From the IMG/VR virus record IMGVR_UViG_2660238548_000015: a stretch of 6,059 bases of DNA; one strand, written 5' to 3'. Made by a program: the position numbers and the translations under genes. Shown here piece by piece: positions 1-5,100 of the stretch; the first letter of the stretch is position 1; each line of letters begins with the position of its first letter. The DNA is from a virus. Lineage: Duplodnaviria; Heunggongvirae; Uroviricota; Caudoviricetes. Below the pieces are notes generated by a model, which did not search any database, was not told where the DNA came from, and saw nothing but the letters and a program-made list of their open reading frames with translations.

Positions 1-584
1 TTCTGCAGCTGGTCCGAGGTGCTGTCCGCCGTCTCCCTGACCATCCGGATGTTAAAGGGGCGGGGAGGCAGATTATCCAGAATCACCGACGCCAGAAACT
101 GCGAGGTGGTCTTGCCGTTAATGGTGACATCCTTTTCCGTCACCCATTTACCACCACGCTCAAGCTGAATCAGCAGGCGGACAGACGTCGGGTTACGGTC
201 ACCCTTTGAGGTGGTCTCCACCAGTGACTGCACCCCGAAGGTAACCCGCAGGCGGTCAATGTTCGCGGACGTAATGGTGCGCGTCACCGGCTTTGCCTTC
301 GTCACTTCCACGCCCAGTCCGGTTTCAGCTCCGGAGGACTCAAAGCCTTCCGGTGGTGTCTGCTCCTGCTCCCCGGCACGCCAGACCGCAGTCACACCGT
401 GTATCACGGGATTACCGTCCGTGTCCATCAGCGGGGTTTTGTTCACCAGGATACTCTGCAGCCCCTTCACCGGGCCTTCTATCGGTCCCTCACCAATCGC
501 ATCAATCACACTCATCATCTGCGTGGATTTGAGATTATCCTTCGCCTCTCGAGGCGTGTGCGCCCTGCCGCCACCTTTGCCCAT
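1..584 (-). CDS. J: Host specificity protein J (central tail fibre), N-terminal ~194 codons; 3' end lies beyond the left edge
   Basis: Minus-strand ATG at 584..582 preceded by GAGAGG Shine-Dalgarno (revcomp of 590..595). Hand translation [38 protein letters not shown]...[11 protein letters not shown]...DQLQ is collinear with the lambda gpJ N-terminus ([38 protein letters not shown]...) as recalled. No stop before position 1; not in the ORF track because it is open-ended. Confidence 0.9.
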   Translation of the reverse strand, partial: MGKGGGRAHTPREAKDNLKSTQMMSVIDAIGEGPIEGPVKGLQSILVNKTPLMDTDGNPVIHGVTAVWRAGEQEQTPPEGFESSGAETGLGVEVTKAKPVTRTITSANIDRLRVTFGVQSLVETTSKGDRNPTSVRLLIQLERGGKWVTEKDVTINGKTTSQFLASVILDNLPPRPFNIRMVRETADSTSDQLQ

Positions 585-717
585 AATGTTCCTCTCAATT
601 GGTATTATTAATCGCAGTGATAGGATATTGCACAGCTATTGCGCGATATCATCAGAACGCTGTTTGTTACCCTGTAACCAGCAAGCTCAGTCTGTTAACG
701 GAATTAATGAGGGTTTT
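585..717. promoter_or_regulatory. Divergent intergenic region between the J start and the sodC start; likely holds the sodC promoter and RBS (GAGGG at 709..713, 4 nt before the ATG)
   Basis: 133-bp non-coding gap between divergent start codons. The RBS is read directly. Weak sigma70-like elements (TTGCAC at 628..633 with a poor -10) and an imperfect dyad GTTAC-CCT-GTAAC at 666..678 were found by eye; no promoter is confidently placed. Confidence 0.3.
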
Positions 718-1245
718 ATGAAATGTAAAATCATTGCTGCCATTGCCATGCTGACAGCAGCATCATGCGGATACGCAGCAGAACAGGAAGTCCCAATGAA
801 CCTTGTCAGTGCTGACGGAAAAGAAGTCAGCATTGGAAAAATAACCATTCAGGAGACCCCCTACGGTCTGCTGTTCACACCAGCCCTTCACTCTCTGTCT
901 GAAGGCATTCATGGTTTTCATGTGCACGAAAAAGGAAATTGCGCCCCGGCACTGAAAGACGGAAAACCGGTCGCAGCATTATCGGCTGGCGGTCACTTTG
1001 ACCCGAAAAACACCGGCAAACATCTTGGCCCCTGGTCTCCGGATGGACACCTGGGCGACCTCCCTGCGCTGTTCGTGACGCATGACGGAAAAGCGAACTA
1101 CCCGGTCCTGGCCCCGAGACTGAACTCATTAAAAGAGATTAAAGGGCGTTCTCTCATGCTTCATGCTGGCGGTGATAACCATCATGACCATCCGGAGCCC
1201 CTGGGCGGTGGTGGTGCGAGAATGGCCTGCGGCATCATTCAATAA
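718..1245 (+). CDS. sodC: Periplasmic copper/zinc superoxide dismutase (SodC family) with N-terminal signal peptide; prophage cargo ('moron') gene
   Basis: ATG at 718 with GAGGG RBS; 175 aa, stop TAA at 1243..1245. Hydrophobic N-terminus [21 protein letters not shown]. Cu,Zn-SOD hallmarks are present: [11 protein letters not shown] (Cu-ligand His, disulfide Cys), GGHFDP, GKHLGP, GHLGDLP (Zn-site His/Asp), LMLHAGGDN (Cu His), [12 protein letters not shown] (Arg and second Cys). Collinear with enterobacterial SodC proteins as recalled. The upstream part of track ORF 211..1245 is antisense to J and is not part of the gene. Confidence 0.92.
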   Translation: MKCKIIAAIAMLTAASCGYAAEQEVPMNLVSADGKEVSIGKITIQETPYGLLFTPALHSLSEGIHGFHVHEKGNCAPALKDGKPVAALSAGGHFDPKNTGKHLGPWSPDGHLGDLPALFVTHDGKANYPVLAPRLNSLKEIKGRSLMLHAGGDNHHDHPEPLGGGGARMACGIIQ

Positions 1246-1252
1246 TCAGTCA

Positions 1253-1280
1253 GGTAAGGGGCGGGCCCCTTACCTTTATT
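1253..1280 (+). terminator. Rho-independent terminator for sodC
   Basis: Perfect inverted repeat GGTAAGGGG (1253..1261) / CCCCTTACC (1266..1274) with 4-nt loop, followed by TTTATT (1275..1280), 8 nt after the sodC stop. Confidence 0.7.
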
Positions 1281-1393
1281 CCTCAGGACGATAAATCCTT
1301 TCTCCCTGAAAAGAACGGCACATCCTCCCTCTCTGAGTTAATGTTTTTGTCGTGACATAAGAATAATTCCTTACACTCAATCTTCGTAACGCT

Positions 1394-1438
1394 CCCGCAG
1401 TTCCTGTCCGTGAGCACTGCGGGATTTTTTCGCTTTTA
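1394..1438 (+). terminator. Second terminator-like hairpin with a T-tract, possibly a backup terminator insulating the phage genes from sodC read-through
   Basis: Inverted repeat CCCGCAGT (1394..1401) / ACTGCGGG (1416..1423) with a 14-nt loop, then ATTTTTTCGCTTTTA (1424..1438). The loop is long, so stability is uncertain. Its 3' end overlaps the stop codon of the I remnant on the other strand. Confidence 0.4.
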
Positions 1439-1582
1439 TGCCTGCCGCCCGATAACCACCACCTTCCCGTCACCGCCTTCATCACGGGTACTGATGTCCT
1501 GGGAGATTCGCCGTGAGCCAACCAGCATTTCACCGTAAGGCACCGGCATCGGGTTCCCCTGGGCAATCATGTTATCCAGCGG
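1436..1582 (-). pseudogene. I: 3'-terminal remnant of tail assembly protein I gene (last ~45 codons), left by an internal deletion
   Basis: Minus-strand frame reads ...FPLDNMIAQGNPMPVPYGEMLVGSRRISQDISTRDEGGDGKVVVIGRQA*, matching the lambda gpI C-terminus (...SLDNMVAQGNVLPVLYGEMRVGSRVVSQEISTADEGDGGQVVVIGR) as recalled. Stop TAA at 1438..1436. Homology is lost upstream of ~1582, where the H remnant ends in another frame. Confidence 0.75.
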
Positions 1583-1763
1583 AAATCCCGGCTTTTTGTG
1601 CAGCCAGCGCCTGACGACTCAGGTTCTGCTCAACGACACCGACGGTTTTTCTGGCGTCAGTCTCCAGTCCGGAAAAATGACGCCTTACCCGGCTCATCTG
1701 CTCATCGAAACGGACCGCATCCAGACTCAGGTCAATAACAAGATCACCAACCGGCTGGGACAT
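1572..1763 (-). pseudogene. H: 5' remnant of tail tape-measure protein H gene (first ~61 codons, then premature stop)
   Basis: ATG at 1763..1761 with GGGAGGTG Shine-Dalgarno. MSQPVGDLVIDLSLDAVRFDEQMSRVRRHFSGLETDARKTVGVVEQNLSRQALAAQKAGIS matches the lambda gpH N-terminus (MAEPVGDLVVDLSLDAARFDEQMARVRRHFSG...AAQKAGIS) as recalled, then ends AG* at 1574..1572; lambda H is ~850 aa. No continuation of H homology in any frame downstream. Confidence 0.85.
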
Positions 1764-2208
1764 ATCTCACACCTCCCGGAATCCCCGCTGAAGCCATCAT
1801 TAATGCGACATCATCCTCGCTGACATCCGCCACATCCGCAGACGATAAAATCTCACGCCCTCCGTCCCCACCAAACCGTACGCCTCCGGCAAGTCCTGCC
1901 GCTTTCTGCATCAGCATTTTTTCCTCATCCGGCATCTCCGTCTGCGCTTTCTCACGCCGGGGGGCAAGCAGACTGAAATCAGAGGGATGCATATCCGGAT
2001 CGCAAAAAAACAGGCTGAGTACGGCGTACGTCAGCCCGGAAAAATGCATATCCAGTTGGGTATCGTGAAAATAATGCGTACGGTAAAAATGTCGCCAGTC
2101 GGCATATTCGGTGGATGTCATCCCGGCAAGCATGGCGCGCCAGTCAGGCCTCCCCATCTCACGCGCCAGTCTGAGGGCAAAATTCAGCTCGCCGTCGAAG
2201 ACTTTCCC
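1744..2208 (-). CDS. T: Tail assembly chaperone T region, expressed only as a G-T fusion by -1 programmed ribosomal frameshift (no independent start)
   Basis: The -1 frame relative to G is open from the slippery site (2208) to stop TGA at 1746..1744, reading GKVFDGELNLPLRLAREMGRPDWRAMLAGMTSTEYADW... Track ORF 1744..2157 is the part after the first in-frame Met. Coordinates describe the shifted frame, not an independent gene. Confidence 0.8.
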   Translation of the reverse strand, partial: GKVFDGELNFALRLAREMGRPDWRAMLAGMTSTEYADWRHFYRTHYFHDTQLDMHFSGLTYAVLSLFFCDPDMHPSDFSLLAPRREKAQTEMPDEEKMLMQKAAGLAGGVRFGGDGGREILSSADVADVSEDDVALMMASAGIPGGVRYVPAGW

Positions 2209-2615
2209 GCAGAAAAATCATCATCAGTCAGCGCGTTATATTTCGCCACTTCGGTGCTGTCAGTATCCGGACGAACAGCTTCGCTCATCCCGGACAGACG
2301 CAACACCACATCTTCCGCCCGGGCAATGGCATCCGCAGGCCAGGTGGTGAGCACCTCCTGTTCGATCTGCATCACAGCCTCATTCATTGACGGTGATGCC
2401 GTTTTCTGCGGATGGTTATGCCACAGGGACATCGCCACCAGAAACGCGCCGGTTCTGACGAGATCTTCCACGCTTACCTGCAGGTTGCCGCTGGATTCTG
2501 CCTGTTCTGCACGCCGTTTCAGGAGGGCAAGATGCTCAATACGCTGCAGCGCAGACAATTCGGAAAGCGTGACGGACACACCGTTATATTCAAATTGTTC
2601 TGTTTTCAGAAACAT
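2184..2615 (-). CDS. G: Tail assembly chaperone G
   Basis: ATG at 2615..2613 with GGAGGT Shine-Dalgarno (revcomp of 2621..2626). 143 aa, MFLKTEQFEYNGVSVTLSELSALQRIEHLALLKRRAEQAES..., closely matching lambda gpG as recalled; stop TGA at 2186..2184. Confidence 0.93.
   Translation of the reverse strand: MFLKTEQFEYNGVSVTLSELSALQRIEHLALLKRRAEQAESSGNLQVSVEDLVRTGAFLVAMSLWHNHPQKTASPSMNEAVMQIEQEVLTTWPADAIARAEDVVLRLSGMSEAVRPDTDSTEVAKYNALTDDDFSAGKSSTAS
2202..2208 (-). other. Programmed -1 ribosomal frameshift slippery heptamer G GGA AAG for the G to G-T fusion
   Basis: Plus-strand CTTTCCC at 2202..2208 is GGGAAAG on the coding strand, in the zero frame as G-GGA-AAG (Gly-Lys of ...SAGKSSTAS*), 6 codons before the G stop. 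Same heptamer and position as the lambda G/GT site. Confidence 0.8.
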
Positions 2616-2628
2616 GTATTACCTCCGT

Positions 2629-3381
2629 TTACCCTGCAGCGCCCGCTTCAGTAACGGTGACTTCAGCCACTGCGGCGAACTGACCATTTCCGCTCACCAC
2701 AGGGATCTGCACCTTACCTGTCGCCACGCCGTTTACCGTAATTGTCATATCTTTCACACTAATGGTGGCTTTCGACGGATCGGCGGAAACCACTCTGAAC
2801 GTCTTGTCGGTTGCACTTTCCGGCTCAAAAGAAACCGTCAGGGTGGTTGTTTTCCCTTTTGCCACCGTACCGGATGTCGGCGTCACCTTAATCGCAGTGA
2901 CCGGCGTAATTTTGCTGCGTTCTTCCGCTACAGAAGGTTTGCCCACGTTGGTCACTTTCACCGTGCGGGTGATCACTTCTTTCGCCGTCACGGCCTTACC
3001 GATACTGCTGACCCAGCCACGAAACACATCCACCGTGCCGTTCGGAAAACGGATTTTATAGGCCCGCACATCCCCGCTTTCAAACCAGCCTATAAGCCCT
3101 TTCTGACCTTCTTCTCCCGGTTTCCAGGCCAGCGTAAAACTGGTATCTCCTGCAGACTTCTGCCCCTGCCCGGTCGCGGTCCAGTCCGCGTCTTCATCAT
3201 CCAGGTAGTTATCATCGTAGGGTTCTGCCGTCATCTCGCCCGGCGTCAGATCCTTCACCTTAGCCAGTCGCAGCCAGTCATCGTCTGACAACGGGTTTGC
3301 ATAGGCGTCACCCTGACCGTTATAAACCCACAGGGTGGTACCGGCACCTTTTACCGGCTCAAGGGGATTTGGTGTTGCCAT
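2629..3381 (-). CDS. V: Major tail tube protein V, with C-terminal Ig-like (Big_2-type) domain
   Basis: ATG at 3381..3379 with GAGGA Shine-Dalgarno. 250 aa, [36 protein letters not shown]...[42 protein letters not shown]..., near-collinear with lambda gpV as recalled. The C-terminal ~90 aa ([23 protein letters not shown]...[37 protein letters not shown]) has the Ig-like pattern known for gpV. Confidence 0.95.
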   Translation of the reverse strand: MATPNPLEPVKGAGTTLWVYNGQGDAYANPLSDDDWLRLAKVKDLTPGEMTAEPYDDNYLDDEDADWTATGQGQKSAGDTSFTLAWKPGEEGQKGLIGWFESGDVRAYKIRFPNGTVDVFRGWVSSIGKAVTAKEVITRTVKVTNVGKPSVAEERSKITPVTAIKVTPTSGTVAKGKTTTLTVSFEPESATDKTFRVVSADPSKATISVKDMTITVNGVATGKVQIPVVSGNGQFAAVAEVTVTEAGAAG

Positions 3382-3388
3382 ATCGTCC

Positions 3389-3784
3389 TCACATCTCGTA
3401 TGTAATGGAATAAGTCAGATCCGCAGAACTCCATAACGCCATATCGTCATCACGACGATACTCATAGCCCTGCGTAACCATCGTCGTAATCAGGTCTGCC
3501 AGTGCCGGGATCGCAGTCATCGCCGGATAAATCCGGCTTTCCATCCACGAATCCAGCTCCGAATCCGGTACCTGTGCTGGTAAAAACACCTCAATATGCA
3601 GTGTGGCCCGCCAGGTATCTGCATCCAGCTCTTCACCGGTATACTCTGCATCCGTCAGATAAACCGCGACGGCCGGAAAATCCTCTTCGTCAAAAACAAC
3701 GGGGCGACCATCAAACAGCGTCGCCCCGTGTTCATGCAGCTCCAGTGCATCCAGCACTGCCGCACGGATATCAGTATGTTTCAT
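3389..3784 (-). CDS. U: Tail terminator protein U
   Basis: 131 aa, [87 protein letters not shown]..., closely matching lambda gpU as recalled. Start ATG overlaps the Z stop as ATGA. Confidence 0.95.
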   Translation of the reverse strand: MKHTDIRAAVLDALELHEHGATLFDGRPVVFDEEDFPAVAVYLTDAEYTGEELDADTWRATLHIEVFLPAQVPDSELDSWMESRIYPAMTAIPALADLITTMVTQGYEYRRDDDMALWSSADLTYSITYEM

Positions 3785-4314
3785 CGTTTTATCGCAATCC
3801 TCAGTTGTTGTTTCAGCGCGTATGCCAGTTCTCCGGGCAGACGTTCACGCCGGATACGGTCAACATTCTCATCAAACGCCTGTTTCAGTGGGGCCGCCAT
3901 CGGGATTTTCACCACATCAATGGGGTAACGGTTTTTCCCGGCCACACGCTGCATGACATGCCAGCGACCATTTTTTAATCGCTGAATAAATGCCCGCTGA
4001 TAACGATGCTGACCGGCTTTGAGTATGCTGTCCGGACGACGCCCCGGCATCCTGATCCCCAGCTTAATCACCGGGAGATCACCGCGGTTAACGATAATTC
4101 TGGCATTCGGATTTCTGACCGTGGCCCGTTTCAGTCTGGACCGTTCCTTTACCAGTTTCCGGCGAACCTTTGTCTCCCGGGCAACCTGTGATGAAGACTG
4201 ATTAATCGCCGTTGTGGCCACGCGGTTAATGGCCATTGCTGAAGCCGCCGGAATGGCGTTTTTACGAACCCGGCTCAGATTTTCAATCGTCTGATCAAGC
4301 CCTTTTATCGCCAT
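3781..4314 (-). CDS. Z: Tail completion protein Z
   Basis: ATG at 4314..4312 with AGGGTGA Shine-Dalgarno-like sequence. 177 aa, MAIKGLDQTIENLSRVRKNAIPAASAMAINRVATTAINQSSSQVARETKVRRKLVKERSRLKRATV...AFIQRLKNGRWHVMQRVAGKNRYPIDVVKIPMA...RERLP, matching lambda gpZ as recalled. Confidence 0.93.
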   Translation of the reverse strand: MAIKGLDQTIENLSRVRKNAIPAASAMAINRVATTAINQSSSQVARETKVRRKLVKERSRLKRATVRNPNARIIVNRGDLPVIKLGIRMPGRRPDSILKAGQHRYQRAFIQRLKNGRWHVMQRVAGKNRYPIDVVKIPMAAPLKQAFDENVDRIRRERLPGELAYALKQQLRIAIKR

Positions 4315-4328
4315 AATTCACCCTGCGT

Positions 4329-4682
4329 TTATCGTCGCCGGTTAACGGCGGGTGGTTGACCACGGTTGAGCCAGAGATAACAGCTGCCCCCGTCATCCGG
4401 AGAAACACGATCCACCCAGAATATCTCACCATTAATGGTCAGCGTGTCACCACGCCGCACGGCACGAACCGTATCCGTCCGCACAAATAATGACGGGCTG
4501 CTTCCTTCAATACGGACCCCGCCACCGGCAAACCCCAGCGACTCCGGATCGTCAAAAACCCCCTGAACTTCGCTGCCACACTGTGCCCCCGAGGTGAACT
4601 GCGCACAGAGCCCCATCACTTCAACAATCGTGCTGTCCACCCCGGCAAGGGCAGCATCAAAGGCATTCTGAAAATCACGCAT
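4329..4682 (-). CDS. FII: Head-tail joining protein FII (head completion)
   Basis: Homology to lambda gpFII (MADFDNLFDAAIA...GVFDDPE...GVRVEGSSPSLFVRTDEVRQLRRGDTLTI...FWVDRVSPDDGGSCHLWLGRG.PPAVNRRR) begins at MRDFQNAFDAALAG. Start chosen at ATG 4682..4680, giving 117 aa, the lambda length as I recall it. In-frame ATGs at 4700 and 4718 are alternative starts. Stop TAA at 4331..4329. Confidence 0.85.
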   Translation of the reverse strand: MRDFQNAFDAALAGVDSTIVEVMGLCAQFTSGAQCGSEVQGVFDDPESLGFAGGGVRIEGSSPSLFVRTDTVRAVRRGDTLTINGEIFWVDRVSPDDGGSCYLWLNRGQPPAVNRRR

Positions 4683-5049
4683 AAACAGCCATTCCGCCAT
4701 CAACGTGTGTTTTTGCATCTGAGGACATAATCAGAATCACCCGACCAACATCCGCAATCTCAACGGATTCCCCTGTTTCACCATCAATGCCACAGAGATG
4801 GAGGCAGGTCAGAACTCTGATGCGCGTTAACGCACCGGATGTATCCTCACGAACATCATGAGCCGCGGTTTCCCGCTCCCGGATCACCGTATCCCCAACC
4901 TGAACATCCTCGCCGGATGACTGTATTTCCTCTTCCCATTCCGCCACCCGCTGCGCTATCTCTGCGGCACTCCCGGATATATCCGGCTCACGCCCCAGAA
5001 TCAGGGCCAGTTCATCAAGCCGTTTCAGATTTTGCTCTTTCGTTGCCAT
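4675..5049 (-). CDS. FI: DNA-packaging / head assembly protein FI
   Basis: ATG at 5049..5047 preceded by AGGGGG Shine-Dalgarno (revcomp of 5055..5060). MATKEQNLKRLDELALILGREPDISGSAAEIAQRVAEWEEE... resembles lambda gpFI in its N-terminal region and acidic middle. The track's longer ORF to 5097 begins at a GTG with no RBS and is not preferred. Stop TGA at 4677..4675. Confidence 0.8.
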   Translation of the reverse strand: MATKEQNLKRLDELALILGREPDISGSAAEIAQRVAEWEEEIQSSGEDVQVGDTVIRERETAAHDVREDTSGALTRIRVLTCLHLCGIDGETGESVEIADVGRVILIMSSDAKTHVDGGMAVYA

Positions 5050-5100
5050 ATCAGCCCCCTGTGAAAAAAGACACGGGGGCATTTCGCCCCCGCTCACGGA
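5050..5100 (-). promoter_or_regulatory. E-FI intergenic GC-rich hairpin with U-tract (terminator/attenuator-like), with an alternative pairing that sequesters the FI Shine-Dalgarno
   Basis: On the minus-strand mRNA: CGGGGGC-GAAAU-GCCCCCG (plus 5092..5074, 7-bp GC stem) followed by UGUCUUUUUUC, just after the E stop. The same GCCCCC segment (plus 5075..5080) can instead pair with GGGGGC in the FI Shine-Dalgarno (plus 5054..5059). Seen directly in the sequence; function is inferred. Confidence 0.5.

Noticed and set aside
211-717. N-terminal extension of the 344-aa plus ORF upstream of the sodC start, plus overlapping plus ORFs 293..532 and 399..611
   Set aside because: These are antisense to the J coding sequence (1..584 minus). 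SodC homology and the signal peptide begin at the ATG at 718, which has a good RBS; the upstream in-frame stretch is fortuitous.
1276-1566. 96-aa minus-strand ORF (MPRGTRCRCLTVKCWLAHGE...)
   Set aside because: It overlaps out of frame the I remnant, whose frame shows clear homology to the gpI C-terminus, and spans both terminator hairpins. Its composition is Arg/Cys/Trp-rich with no resemblance to any protein I know; likely spurious.
1276-1571. Possibility that the spacer between sodC and the H remnant hides a small novel gene (toxin, anti-defence) or a defence system
   Set aside because: The region is fully accounted for by two terminator hairpins and the gpI C-terminal remnant. The remaining ~110 bp (1281..1393) is AT-rich with no ORF beyond a few codons.
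875-2654. Small ORFs 875..1129-, 1569..1823+, 2111..2350+, 2412..2654+, 2762..3061+
   Set aside because: Antisense to sodC, H', T, G or V respectively, with no independent support.
1987-3288. Long plus-strand ORF (433 aa) in the ORF track
   Set aside because: Entirely antisense to V and G, whose translations match lambda proteins closely. Its product is Arg/Cys/His-rich low-complexity sequence typical of a shadow frame, with no RBS context.
4675-5097. Longer FI start (track ORF beginning MSGGEMPPCLF...)
   Set aside because: The 'M' at 5097 is a GTG three bases after the E stop, with no Shine-Dalgarno and sitting inside the GC hairpin. The ATG at 5049 has an AGGGGG RBS and marks where gpFI homology begins.
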